A stretch of DNA of 64,000 bases from Rebecca billardiae RCC1528 (lineage: Eukaryota; Protista; Haptophyta), in the NCBI GenBank assembly GCA_965240325.2, contig OZ251255.1:1-64000 (forward strand), written 5' to 3'. The notes under the pieces were generated by a model. That model worked only from the letters and a program-made list of their open reading frames with translations. It was not told the DNA's origin and searched no databases. Below, in pieces: positions 12,885-26,100 of this stretch. How positions within the stretch are numbered: the stretch's first letter is position 1; each line of letters begins with the position of its first letter. Made by a program: the position numbers and the translations under genes.

Positions 12885-14857
12885 TCAGCCGTGGCCGTAG
12901 ATGCGGCGCAGCGCCTCGTCCGACGCGGCGCTCCCGCGCGCGGGCCGCTCGGCCTCGGCCGGCGGCGCCGGTGGCGGCGGCACCGCGGTGCGCGGCCGCG
13001 GCGTGCTGCCGCCGCTGCCGCCACCCGCCGCCGCCGCCGCGACGTGGGGCGCGGAGGCGCGCCGCGCGCCGCCGCCGCCGCCGCGCGAGGGCGGCGGGCG
13101 CGACGCCTGCTTGCTCTGCCGTAGCAGCAGGCACTCCTCCTCGATCGCGCGCGCCTTGGAGAGCCGCGCCACCTCCGCGCGCAGCGACGCCTCCTGCGCA
13201 CAGCACAGCGCAGCGCAGCGCAGCACAGCACAGCGCAGCGCAGCACGCGGGGCGCGCTCAGCGGGAGCGCGCACGAGCGGCGCGCGCGCGGCGCGTGCGC
13301 ACCGTGTGCGCGACGGCGGCGGCCTCCGCGTTGGCGCTGGCGAGCTGCGTGCGCAGCCTGTCCACCGCCGCGCTCAGCTCGAGCTCGGAGCGGTAGAGCG
13401 CGGACGCCGCCTGCGCAGGCACGCGCGCGCACACACACGTCAGACGAGCGCGCGCGGCAGCTCAGGGCGCGACAACGCGCGGCGCGCACCGAGCCCGGCC
13501 CGCCGCCGTCGACGCCGCTCGAGCCGCCCGCGCCGGCGGCGGCGAGCCCCGCGTCCGACCCCGCCACGCGCGCCGCCGCGAGCGCGTCGCTGTCCTCGCA
13601 GAAGCCGCCGCCCCTGGGCCGCAGCCCCGAGGCGGCGCGGTGCCGCAGGCTGCGCGCGACGCCGTCGAGCGCGCGCCGCTGCTCGTCGTGCGCGGCGCGG
13701 AGGCGGCCGGCGACGTGCTCGACGCGGCGGCGCTCGGCGGTGGCGAGGAGCAGCCCCGAGCGCGCCTCGCCCAGCGCGGCGCCCAGCGCCTCGCCCACCG
13801 CGCGGCAGCCGCGCAGCACCGCGGACGCGGCGGCGCGCGCCTCGGCGACGGTCGAGGCGCCGAGGTCGGCGCACAGCGCGCGCGCCTCGCGCGCGCGCCC
13901 GCACGCGAGGAAGGCGTCGTCGAGCAGCGCGGCGGTGCGCGCGTCGATGAGCCCGCCGGCGCGCTCGGGCAGCGCGCCCGCGCGCAGCCCGAGCTCGAGC
14001 TCCGAGCCGCCGCCCAGCCCGTCCGCGCCGCCGCCGCCGCCGCCGGCGGCGGCGGCGCGGCCGGCGCCGTGCGTCGCGGCGAGCGCGCGCTCGCGCTCGG
14101 CGTGCGCGCCGCTCTCGCGCAGCGCGGCGGCGAGGCCGCGGCCGAGGTCGGCGAGCGCGTCGAGCACCGCGTCGGCGTGCGCCACGTGCCGGCGCAGCGT
14201 GCGCTCAAAGTCGGCGAGCAGCTCGAGCTCCGCGCGCAGCGCGCGGCCGAGCGCCGCGGCCGCGTGCGCCGGGCTCAGCCGCTCGGCGCCGCCGCCGCCG
14301 CCCGCGCTCAGCGCGGACGCGCGCGCGCTCGCGGGCTGCGGCGGCGGCGGCGGCGGCTCGGCGGCGCCGTCGGCGTCGTCCTCCGCCGGCTCGGGCGGCA
14401 GCGCGCCGCGCGTCGAGACGCACGCGTACGCCAGCGCCTGCCGCGCGCGCATCTCGTCGCGCGCGCCGACGAGCAGCGCGCGCGCCGAGCCGAGCGCGCG
14501 CGCCTCGCGCGCCACGTCGACGGCGTGCGTGCGGATGCGCGCGGCGATGGCCTCCTCCGCCTTGATTCGCGCGTGCGCCCCCTTCCCCACCGAGCGCGAC
14601 GCGCGCAGCTGCGCGTGCGCCGTCTGGCTGAGCACGACGGCCGAGGTGAGCCGCGCGGCGTGCGCGCCCGCGCGCGCCGCCGCCGCCGCGCGCACGCGCG
14701 CCGAGGCGGACGCGGGCGGCAGCGGCGGCGCGCGGCTGGAGGCGGCGGACGACGGCCGCTCCGCCGGCGCGCGGCGCGGCGCCGACGCCGGCCGCACGCC
14801 CGCGCCGCCCGCGGCGTACGGCGCGAGGGAGTGGCGGCGCGGCGGCTGCGCCATCAT
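12885..14857 (-). CDS. Ala-rich coiled-coil protein, weakly tektin-like; 3 exons (introns 13411-13489, 13194-13302)
   Basis: GT-AG splicing gives a continuous frame ending ...IEEECLLLRQSK...RRIYGHG*; segments ACVSTRGALPPEP and ALRAELELL resemble tektin helices. Confidence 0.6.
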
Positions 14858-15155
14858 CCTTGGTCAGGAGTGCAAGGCTGAGAAGTAGTTAGTGTGGAAC
14901 GGTCGCGCGCCCGGACTCGCGCGCGCGCGCGCGCCCGTCCGGACTGGGCGCGCCGGCCCCGTTCAAACTGAGCCGTGATGTCGTTGGCAGCTGGCCGGCC
15001 GGTGAGCGGGGTGCGCTTGCGCAGTGGGCGAGGCAGAAGCTCGTGGCAAGTCAAACCAAAAAACTTTCCAAGCAGCAGGGCAGCCCGCTCTCTCTCTCGC
15101 CGCAGGCAGAGGGGCCGCGCACGCAACAGCACACGCACGCACCGCAGAGCAGACG

Positions 15156-16125
15156 ATGGCGCCGAAGCGCAAGGAGCCCGCGGCGGTCGCGGAGGTCGCG
15201 GCGGTGAAGCAGAAGCGGCAGCGGCGCACCGTGCCCAAGGACCCCAACGCGCCCAAGCACCCGCTCTCGGCGTTCATGCTCTTCTCGAACGAGCACCGCA
15301 CCAAGGTGAAGGCGGCCAAGCCCGAGCTCTCGTTCCAGCAGACGGGGATCGAGCTCGGCCAGATGTGGGCCAAGCTGCCGGACTCGAAGAAGGAGAAGTA
15401 CCGCGTCGAGGCCGAGAAGCGCAAGGCCGCGTACAAGGAGGCCAAGGCCAAGTACACGCCGCCGCCCGAGATCATCGCCGCCAAGGCGGCCGCCAAGGCG
15501 AAGAAGGACCCGGCGGCGGCGCCGCAGTCGGCGATGCACGTGTTCGCGACGGAGAAGGAGCTCGAGATCCGCGCGCAGCTCGCCGACCCGTCGGACATTG
15601 CCGCCTTCGCCGCCGCCGTCGCCGCGCGGTGGGAGGCGCTCGCGGACGCCGACAAGGTGCGCGCGCGCGCACGCGCGAGCGCTTGCGCGCGCGCGTGCGC
15701 GCTGAGCACGCGCGCGCGCGCGCGCGCGCAGGCCAAGTACTCCGCGCTGCTCACGCACGGCGGCAAGGTGCCCAAGATCTCCGCCTCGAAGCGCGCGCGC
15801 GCCATCAAGAAGGCGGCGGAGCTGAACGCCAAGAAGGCCAAGCTGCTCGCCAAGCTGCACGAGCTGGACGCCGAGCTGGGCAAGCACAACCAGACGGTCG
15901 GGCTGAGCGGCGGCGCGCCCACGGGCACCGAGGCGGTGCGCGCGCGCGGCGCCGCGCGGCCGCGCCGCGCGATGCGCGCGCCGCGCACTCACGCGTGCGC
16001 GTGCGCGCGCATGTGCGCGTGCAGGCGCTCGCGGCGGTGCCCAAGGCAAAGGCGCCCGCGCACACCGCCTCGGGCCTCACCGCCTCGGGCAAGAAGCGCG
16101 GCCGCCCGTCCAAGGCGGACATCGC

Positions 16126-16157
<32 letters not shown>

Positions 16158-16499
16158 GCGGCAGCGCGGCGGGCCCCTCCACCGCCCTCGTCGCCGCGCC
16201 GCCCAAGGGCAAGTCGCCCAAGCCCGCGGCCAAGGCGCCCAGCCCCAAGCCCGCGCCCAAGCCCGCGCCCAAGGCGGCGGGCAGCGCCAAGGGCAAGAAG
16301 GCCGCGACGCCCAAGGTGCCAAAGGCGCTCTCGATCGACGCCAACTTTGCGCTCGCCTCGGGGAAGCGCACGCCCAAGGTGCGCGCGCGCGCGCCGCGCC
16401 GCGCCGCCCGCCCGCCCGCCCGCCCGCCGCTCACTCTGCGCGCCCATCCCTCGGGCCGCGCGCCGCGCGCCGCCGCAGGCAAAGTCGCCGGGCGACTGA
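15156..16499 (+). CDS. HMG-box protein with second degenerate HMG box, AT-hook and Lys/Ala/Pro-rich tail; introns 15657-15731, 15936-16024, 16379-16478
   Basis: KDPNAPKHPLSAFMLFSNEHR...GQMWAKL is an HMG box; KKRGRPSK is an AT-hook. Confidence 0.92.
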
Positions 16500-17616
16500 G
16501 CGGCGCGGAGACGGCCCGCCGCCTATTTATGCACGCGCGCGCCCCGGGCCTTTCCCGCGGCGCGCCGCGCGGCGCTGCGCGCGCGCGAGGGCCGGCCCCG
16601 CCGCGGCGGGGCCGCCGCGCCGCCGCGCACGCTGCCGGCGCGTGTGCCGCGCCCCGGGAGAGCGTCTCGGCTCCGGGCTCACGACGACGCGCTCGGCCTC
16701 GGACCGTCGGACCGGACCACCAGCCAGCCACTGCTAGCCATCGCCGCAGAGAGATGACTCGGGCGCCGACTCGCCGCGTGTAGGCGCGCGCGCGCTGCGG
16801 TCGCGCCGCACACCCTCTCGACCGTACTGGCTTATATTCCGCAGCTTTTTTAAAGCGTACGGTCGTCGACCGGCGGTGACAGTATTCTGAGACTCACTTC
16901 TAAACTTTAGGACGAGCTGCCGGCGCAGCAGCAATTTGCCGGGGGTACGAGTACGAGAATCGGGAGAATCGAACGCGACTGCGCGAATCGGTGCGGTTTT
17001 TTGGTTTTTATTGAATAATGATTCATGCATCATTGTCGTCAGCGAGGCGCTTAGTTCGGCGAGCCTGTTCGTCGTTGATGATGACGAAATCATTTGGCGT
17101 TCGGTTCCGATCATCATCGCGAGTCGATCGAAAGCGCCGCACGCACCGTGACGCACGCGCGCGGGTCGATGACGAAAGATGATCAGCGAAATAAGAAGTC
17201 AGGCTATTTTTGGTCGCGAAACTCGATGACGCGAATAAAAACCAGCGACAGCCCGCACACCCGGCCGAGGCGAGGGCGGGAGGGCGGACCGGGCGCACTT
17301 GACCGAACACCCGGCCGCCTGACGACACCGAGTAAATCGTCCCATAATGTGTACGTATCATGATGTACTATAGACTAGACGAATACTACGACTATGCTTG
17401 TATCATCGTCCACCTCAGCATTGCTGATGACCTCGTCGCATTCGGGGCCACACATGCTACGACTCGACTCTCGGCGCCAGCCGCATCGCTCCTCCACGGC
17501 CACGCGCACCGCGGGGCAGCCGACGGCGCGCGCGCCCGCCCGCGCTGCGCGATCGGCGCCGCCCGCCGCGGCCCGCCCGGCCCGGATCGAACGGCGCCGA
17601 GGCCCGCCGCCGCCGC

Positions 17617-19304
17617 TCACGCCGTCGAGTTGACGCGCGAGAGCCCGCCGGGCATGTGCTGCTGCGACTTGGCGTAGACGTAGAGCACGAAGAAGCAGCA
17701 GGCGATCGCGTACCCGAGCACCTGCGTGCGCGTGGTGCTCTCGCCCGTGACGAGCACCGCGTACAGCACCAGCCCCGCGTTGCGCGCGGTGGCGAGCAGC
17801 TTGAGCGAGACCGAGGACGTGTACTTGATCATCAGCATGGAGGAGACGTTGACGAGCACGCCTGGCGACGCGGAGGGGCGGAGGGGCGGCGGCCACTCGG
17901 TCACGGCCGCGCGCCGCGCGGTGCGCGCGCGCGCGGCATGTGGCTCGCGCGCGCGCACCGAGCGTGCACGCCAGCGCAAACTCCCCGCGGTGCGCGTACA
18001 CCACCGCCGAGGGCGCGAGGGGCGGGGGCCCGCCGCCCGGCGCCGCCGTGGCGTTGGCGAGCGCGCCGCCCGGCCCCTCCGCCTCGCCCACGCCGCCGCC
18101 CCTCCGCTCCGCGTGCAGCATGGCCGGCAGCTCGAGGAAGAGCGCCGCCAGCAGCATCCACGCCGCCGTGATGGGCGCGTTGTAGTACAGGCCCTCGAGC
18201 GCGGGGAACTGCGCGGGCGCAAAGGGCGGGGCGGCGAGGCGGGCGCGGGCTGAGCGGCGGGCACGCGCGCGCGCGCGCGCGCGCGGTGTGCGCACCTTGA
18301 GGTTCTGCACCACCTTCTGCGTGAGGACGAGCCGCAGCCCCTCGCAGCACGAGGCGGTCAGCATCATGCCCACGCCCAGCGCAGAGAAGTGGAGCTCGCC
18401 GTACGAGGCGAGGGCGGCGCCCGCGGAGATCATCAGCACGCAGCACCAGACGAAGCGGGTGGGCGTCTCGATGCCGAACGCGACGAGGAAGCAGCTGGTG
18501 ATCACCGGCCCCAGGCTCTTGAGTATCTGGATGAAGGAGACGCTCATGTACAGATACACACCCTGCCCAAACGCGAGCGCGCCCGCGGACGCCGCGCCCA
18601 CCACGCCCATGTTGGCGACGTAGAAGCGCCACGTGACCTGCTCGCACATCTGCAGCCTGCGGGCGCGCGCGCCGCCGCGCGGGCGGGGCGCGCGCGTGAG
18701 CCCCCGCCGCGGCGCTGTGCGCTGTGCTGCGGCGCAGTGCGCGCGCGCGCGCGCGCGCGCACGAGTGCGTCTTGAGCACGCGGAAGCAGAGCACGCAGAA
18801 GGCCCAGCTGCTGAGCTGCCCCATCGTGCTCACACAGATGGGGTACGGGAAGCCGAGGTCCTTCATGATGTGCTTGTTCACCAGGATCAGCGCGGGCCCC
18901 ACCGTCATGTACACCGCCATCACGAGCAGCAGCTCGAGGCACCACCAGAACGCGGCCGGCACGCCCGCGGACGACGCGCGCACGCCGAGGAGCGGGAGCA
19001 GCCGCGCGAAGAGGAGCGAGCCGCCCAGCGGGTCCTCCACCTCGTCGTCCGACGCGCCGCGCGCGAGGCCGGCCACCGCCTCCTCGTCCTCGTCCGCCGC
19101 GTCGGCGCGGCTCGCGAGCGACACGAGCGGCTGGCGCTCGAGCGGGTCTCGGTCGTGCATGCCGGGCGAGGGCAGCGTGTCCGAGTCGGCGCGCGCGGGC
19201 TCGGGCACGCCGAGGTCGTCGTCGTCGTCGTACGCGCGGCCGGCCGCGCCGTGGGTCGCGGCGCGCGAGGCGTGCAGCGGGCCTTTGGAGGGGCGCCGAT
19301 CCAT
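17617..19304 (-). CDS. Triose-phosphate/nucleotide-sugar transporter family protein (SLC35/TPT-like); introns 18657-18762, 18209-18295, 17862-17958
   Basis: ILVNKHIMKDLGFPYPI, YLYMSVSFIQILKS, ASYGELHFS, EGLRLVLTQ, GLYYNAP motifs; multiple TM segments. Confidence 0.9.
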
Positions 19305-19571
19305 TCAGCGACGCCACGCCCCCATCGCCCGAGGAGGGCACGGGTCAACGCCCGGCCCCCTTGGCGCTTCGGGATGAATACTTACTCGCTGATGATGACG
19401 AACAAGTCAGGCGCAGTTACCCGCCCATATTGCAGTCCGAAAGTTGAGAGCCAAACCTTGGCCAAACCGCCAAGCCGAGCGCGCGGCCTATGATACATGC
19501 CAGACCCGCGGCGCCTGCTGCGTCGTCCGCGCTTGCACGCGCACACCGCCAACCCCCCTGTGGACGCCTAC

Positions 19572-22500
19572 TCAGCCGCCCGCCGCGCCCGCCGGCTCGC
19601 GCGCGCCGCCCGGCCGCGCCGCCGCCGCCTCCTCGCGCAGCGCGTGCGCGTGCGCGTACACGGCGCGCACTTGCTCGGCCGAGAGCCGCCGCTCGCTGAG
19701 CAGCGGCGCGCGCGCGCCGCCCTGCCGCGCGTGCGCCTGCAGCGCCGCGAGCTGCGCGTCCGCGCGCACGCGCAGGTCGCCGAGCAGCGCGGCCTCGAGC
19801 TCGCTCACCGCGCTGCCGCCCGCCGCCGCGCCGTCTGCGCCGCGCGCGGAGGGGCGGGGGCGGGCGCGGGCGCGTGAGCGCGCGCGCGCGCCCGCTCGGC
19901 CGAGGCGCGCGCGCGCGCGATGCGCACCGGAGAGCAGCCTGCAGCCGTGCAGCACGTCGCAGCACGCGCCGCGCACTTCGCCGAGCGCCTCCGCCGCGCC
20001 GCCCGGCCACGACCCGCCGCCCGCCGCGCGCCGCGCCTCGCGCCGCGCGGCCAGCGCGCGCGCGTGCAGGGCGCGCAGGTGGGCGGCCTCTGTCGGCAGC
20101 GCGCCGTCCGCGCGCGCGCCCAGCAGCTCGCAGTACGTGCCGAGCAGCGCGGCGCCGGGCTGCGAGAAGCCGACGGCGTGCGCGTACGCGCGCAGCAGCG
20201 GCAGCAGCCCGGGCCACGCCGCGCCGCCCTGCGCCGCCGGCGCGGCCACGCGCGCCGAGCCGCTGAGGATCTCGGAGAGCGAGGCGAGCACACGGGGCCG
20301 CGCGCCCGCGCTGCCCCACGCGTCGGGCGGCGCGTGCGCGAGCCAGTAGGCGCCCGCGCGCGCGCCGTCGCGCCGCGCGGCCGCGCGGAAGTTCTCGTCG
20401 ATGGCGGAGGCGGGCAGCCGCACGTCCAGGCCTGCGCGCGCGCACCGGGGGGGAGGGCGGGCGCGTCGGCGCACGCACGCGCGCGCGCGCCGCGCCGGGC
20501 GCGCGCGCGGCGCGGCGGTGCGCGGCCACGCACCGAGCCCGATCGCCGCCGCCGCGTACACGGACGAGACGGTGGCGAGCGCGGCGTTCTCAAAGTCGGT
20601 GAGCTGCGCCTCGATGGGGCGGAGCTCGACGCGCCAGCCGCCCTCGCCCTTGAGCGGCGGCTTGAGCCGCACCGAGTTCCAGTTGGTCGACTGCAGCAGC
20701 TCGAAGTGCTCCGCCTCCGCCTCGGGCAGCCGCTCGCGGCCCCTGCCCACCACCAGAGGGTCGCGCGCGCACACCCACCCCACGTGCCGCGCGAGCGCGG
20801 CCGGCAGCCCGGCGTGCTCGCGCGCGGCGTCGAGCAGCCGCGCGTGCGCCGGGTCGACGCACGCGTCCACGAGCGGCGCGAGGTCGTTGAGCTCGGCGTC
20901 GAGCGCCTTCCCCGCCTCGTGCTGCGCCCACGGCTGCTCGGGCCCGCCGGGCGGGAGGTGCGCGGACAGCAGCACGCTGCTGCTGTCGTACCGCGACTTG
21001 AAGAGCGGCCGCGTGCCCGGCGGCACGCCGCGCGCGGCCGCGGCGCGCACCGCGCCGGCCGCGTCGCCCGACGCCTCGGCGCCGCGCGGCGCGAGGCCGA
21101 GCTTGGCGGCGAGCTGCTGCGCCGCCGCCTCCTCCTCCACCGTGCGGTCGTCCACCGCCGCCGCGATCAGGTCCCAGCGCGTGTCTGTGCTCACCACGCG
21201 CCCGCCCACGAACGGCGTGGCCGCGCTGCGGCGCGGAAGGGGGGCGTGCGCGCGGGGGCGGGGTGAGCGCGCGCGGCGCGCGGACAGCGGCGCGCGGTCG
21301 GCGGCGGCGCGCACCTGAGCGCGAGCGTGAGTGGCGCGAGCACGGCGAGAGCGTCGTGCAGCCAGAGCGCGTGCTGCGCGCCCTGCAGCTGGTATGTGGT
21401 CTGCAGGCAGCCGCACCCCATGCCGAACGCCATGCAGTCCACGACCGCGGACGCGTGCGCGCCGCGCAGCTGCGCGGACGCGGCCGGCTCGAGCCCCGCG
21501 CCCTCGGCGGCCGTGTCCGCCGGCAGCCGCACCTCGATCTGCCGCCCGCGCCGCGTGCGTATGTTCTTGGTGAGCGCAGCAAAGCGCGGGTTGGACATGA
21601 TCGCGGCGTCGGAGAGGACTGCGCGCGCACGGCGGAGGGGCGGGGCGGGCCCTCAGCGCGGGGGTGGGGGGCAGGGGTGCGTGCGCGGCGCGGGCGCGGC
21701 GCGCACGCTTGGAGCCGCTGATGGGCGCGGGCGAGGGCACGGGGTGCACGGAGTGCGGCTGCACGCCCAGCAGCGGGTAGGCGGTCAGGCTGAGCGCGTA
21801 CGAGCCACCCCCGTCTGAGGAGACGCCGCAGCCCACGCCGCGCTCCGCCAGCGCCACGCGCAGCGCCGCGCGCCGCTGCGCGAGGGAGGCGTGCACGCTG
21901 CGAGGGGCCCGCGCGCGCACGCGGGCGTGTGAGCGCGCGCGCGCGCGCACACGGCCGCCGCCGCTGGGGGGCCGCCGCTGGGGGTCCGCCGCCGCCGCCG
22001 TGCTCCTTGGCGCACGCACCGGAAGAGCTCCGCCTCCGACGGGCCGTACGGCGCGGCGGGCGTGGCCTCCACCATCCACGAGCCGTACTCGGGGTGCCAC
22101 TCCGCGCCCAGGCCGGGCGGCGGCGGCGCGGCCTCCTCGCGCCGGCTCAGCTCGGCGAGCAGCGGCAGCGCGCACATGTCCAGCCGCACGCCGCACGGCC
22201 CGCCCCCCTCGAGCGGCTCGGCGCCCACGGGCGGCGGCGGCGGCGGCGCGCCCCACGCGCCCACGACCGCGCCGGCGGCGGCGACGGCGCGCGCGCGCGG
22301 CGGCGGCGGCGCGCCGAGCAGCGCGTGCAGCGCGTCCAGCCCCACGTCCTCGTACCCCGCGCACCCGTCCGCGCCGCCCTGCGCGCGCCTCGCCGCCGCC
22401 GGGTCGTTGGCCATGAGCGCGTACTCCAGCTCGTCGCCCCACGAGAAGGGGCCGCTCGAGGCGGAGGCGCAGCGCGACCACGCGGCGATGAACTGGCGCA

Positions 22501-22924
22501 CGGCGGAGAGCCGGATCGCGGGCGCGTGGACCACCGCCTCCTCCCTGCGCCGCGGGGCGGCGGGTGGCGCGCGCGCGCGCGCGCGTGAGCGGCGCGGCGG
22601 GCGCGGCGCGGCGCGGCGCCGCGCGCGCGCGCACCAGGGCAGCAGCGCCTTCATCGCGAGCTTGCCCTCGAGCTTGAGCTCGCGCGCGCGCGCCGACGCG
22701 GTGGGGTCCACGTAGCGCGGGCGCTCGCCCTCGCCGTCCGCCTCGCCGTCGTCGCCGCCGCCGCTCGCGGCCGTCGGCGGCGGCGGCGCGGCCGCCGCGC
22801 GCGCGCCGCCGCGCGCGCCGGCGCGGGCGAGGCGGGTGCGCGCGGCGGGCGCGCCGCGCCAGCCGTCGACGGCCACGGCGAGGAGCAGCAGCGCCGCGCA
22901 CGCGAGCGCACGCGGCCGCGCCAT
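19572..22924 (-). CDS. GCLC: Glutamate-cysteine ligase catalytic subunit (animal/fungal-type) with N-terminal signal peptide; 6 introns (22545-22634, 21898-22019, 21619-21706, 21226-21314, 20432-20533, 19835-19927)
   Basis: WGDELEY, WHPEYGSWMVEATP, NPRFAALTKNIRTRRG, DCMAFGMGCGCLQTTYQ, HFELLQSTNWNSVRLKPP, GWRVELRPIEAQLTDFENAA. Confidence 0.93.
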
Positions 22925-23124
22925 CGCGCGCCGCGCCGGGTGTGTGGGCGCCGCCGCCGTCCGGCGAATGGCACGTCTTCGCGGGGCCGGCCCGAGAAGC
23001 GTCCCGAAGCGGCACGCGCGACGATTTGATTTATGAGGATTGATATGCTGATGATATGAATATTCGAGCCGTGCGCATTATTTTCTACTCTGCTACCACT
23101 CCTCATTTTGTGCCAGCTAGGCAG

Positions 23125-26100
23125 TCAGAACGTCTGCGCGTGCCCGGCGCGGCGCGGCGGGCTGTTGGCCGGGGTCGTGTGCGGCGAGCGCAGCGAGGGC
23201 CGGTGGATCTCGACGTCGCCGAGGAACGCGTCCTGGTACAGCGGGTTCGTCTCCGGGTCGTACGACGTCTTGCCTGCGGCGGCGGCGGCGGCGCGGCGCG
23301 GCGCGTGAGGCGCACGCGCGCCGACGCGCGAGAGGCGGCGCACGCGGCGCGCGCGCGCACCCGCGCCGTGGATGTGCGCGATGACGGGCCGCCCCGCGTC
23401 GTACGCGGCGAGCGAGACGCGCGCGCGCCGCTCGCCCAGCCCCGCCGCGGCGAAGAGCCACGTCAGCGGGTCGAGCCACCTGCGCGGCGCGCGGCGCGCG
23501 CGAGTCAGCCGGCGTCGCGCGCTGGCGCGCCGCGCCGCGCGCGCCGGCCGCGCGCGCGCGCGCGCACCGCGTCATCTCGCCGCAGCAGCCGCGCGGCGCG
23601 AGCACCTCCTCGAGCGCGACGTGCTGGCCGTCCACCTCGCGCACCGACGGGTGCTCCACGCCCGCCAGCGCGTCGGGCAGCGAGGGCATCGCGCCGGGCT
23701 TGGCGCGGCGCACCGAGCCGCCGCCGGGCGCGAGCACCTGCACGGTGCGGCCGGCGCCGCCGCCGCCGCGCCGCTTGGCGGGCGAGGCGCCGGCGGCGTC
23801 GCCGCCGTCCTCGTCGGCGGCGGCGGGGCGCGCGCAGCGGCCGAGCCGCTCGCAGAGCCGCGCGAGCGCGCGGTCGGGCGTGAGCACGTACACCAGCAGC
23901 GCGAGCGTGAGGCCGAGCAGCGCGAGCGCCGACGCGGACGAGAGGCGCGCGCCGAGGCCGTACGGCGTCGCCTCGCTCCGCTCCGACACGGCGGCCGCGC
24001 CACCCTCGAGGTCGGAGCTGCCGCCGAGCGCGGCGTAGAGCGGCTGCAGCGCGCGGCCCACGTCCGCGAGCGTGAGCTCGCGCAGCCCCGCCAGCGCGAA
24101 CGCCGCGAACAGCGCGACGCCCGCGTGCGCCGCCGCGAGCGCCTTGAACGCGGGCGCGAGCGAGAGTGCGAGCGCGTTGTCGATGGCGGGCGGCGTGCGC
24201 GCCGCGCGCAGCAAGAACCACCTGTCCGCGCCGTACAGGCAGCCGAACGCGCACAGCCCGAGGTAGTAGAGCGCGGGGAGCGCGGGGGCGAAGCAGAAGA
24301 CCGCGCACGCGTACGCCAGCGCCTGCCCCGTCTGCTTCGCCAGGTCGAACTCGGGGCCGAGCAGCCCCGCCTTGAGCCCGTCGAGGGTGACGCACACGCG
24401 CGCGGCGCGGCGCGCGCGCGCGCGGTGCGCGAGCGCCTTGAGCGCGGGCTCGGCGACGAACACGCCGAGCTGCAGCAGCAGCGTGAACATGAGCGACGCG
24501 CCGAGCGTGAGAAACCACTCGCGGTCGAAGCCGGCGTGCCGCCCCTTGAAGAGCACGCCCGACGGGCCGAGCAGGCAGCACGGCGCGCCGCCGCCCTCGC
24601 CCGCCCGCCGCCGCGCCTCGCAGCCGGGCCAGCACACGTACGAAGACGACGGCGGCGGCGACGACGGCGACGAAGACGACGACGGCGACGACGACGACGA
24701 CGCGTCGCGCCCGAGCTGCGTCGCGATGAACGCGTCGGGCAGCGCGGCCGCCACCACCACCGCGAGCAGCGCCGTGTTCACAAACTGCGCCGCGCCCAGC
24801 TTGGCCGCCTTCACCGCGAGCGTCTTGGTGGCCGAGCCGTGCCGCTCAAAGCGCGAGAGGCGGTCGATGCACTGCTTGAGCAGCACGTTGGTGGCCACCA
24901 CCACGCCGAGCGCGCCGTACAGCAGGCCCTGCGCGCTCGCCTCGCCGCGCACGTGCTCGCGGCACGCCGAGACCATCGCGGCGGGCCCGCAGCACTCGGC
25001 GGCCGCGCGCCCGACGCGCTCGCGCGCGTCGAGCGCGGCCAGCCGTGCGTACGCCAGCACGCTGTCGCACAGGCAGGTGCGGCACCGCTGGTACGCCGGG
25101 CGGCGCGGCTCCCAGTGGCCGAGCGGGTCGGTGCGGATCAGCGCGCCCGCGTACGCGGGCGCAAACTCGGGGGCGCCGTCCCACGGCGGCAGCCGCTCGG
25201 GGCGCGTGCCGCACGTGCGCGCCGACAGCGCGGCGGGCTCGTCCCACGCCGCGTGCAGCGCCGCGCAGCTGCCCTCCGGCACGACGCGCGCGCGGAAGGC
25301 CGCGTACTCGGCGCGCGCCGTGCTCGCCGCCACAATCAGCGCGGTGCTGCCGAGCATGAGCAGCGCGAGGACGCAGAGCGAGCACGCGCGGCGGAGGCGG
25401 TTGGGCGCGGTGCGCCGGTGCTGCAAGTTGTGCCACAGCAGGTCGGTGGGCTCGGGCACGCGCGCGGCGACGAGGCGGCGCGGCGGCAGTCCGTACGGCG
25501 AGGGCATTCGCATGTCGAGCGCGTCGGGCCCGCGCGCGCGCGCGCCGAGCGGCCACGGCCACGCCGGGTCCTGCAGCGCGTAGCGCAGCCAGCCGCCGCG
25601 GCCGTACGCGTGCATGGCGGCGCGGCGCCCCTCGACGCGCTCGAACGTGACGATCGCCGAGAGCGCGGGCAGCCCGTCCGCCGCCGTGCGCGCGCGCAGC
25701 CGCTCGCGCGTGCGCGCGAGCTTGGCCTCGCGCGCGCGGCGGCGGCGGCGCGTGAGCCGCGCGCGCAGCAGCTGGCCGGTGAGCGTCTGGCGCATCTCGC
25801 GCGTGGCGAGCAGCGCGACCTCCTTCTCGAGCGGCGCCTTGCGCAGCCCCGCGCGGAGCAGCGCGCCGTTCGGGTGCACCGCCACCACGTCGTGCACGCG
25901 CCACGCCTCGGCGTCGAGAAAGTCGCGCAGGCCGCGCACGCGCTCGGCGGCGCCGCGCGAGCGCCGCGCCCGCGCGCCGAGCGCGGCCGCGGCCTGCTCC
26001 GCGCGCGCGCGCAGCGCCTCCTCGACGCCCGCCTGCACGGCCTCGAGCTCGACGTGCGGGTGGAAGCCGCGCAGCTCGACCGCGTAGTCGCGCAGCGTCG

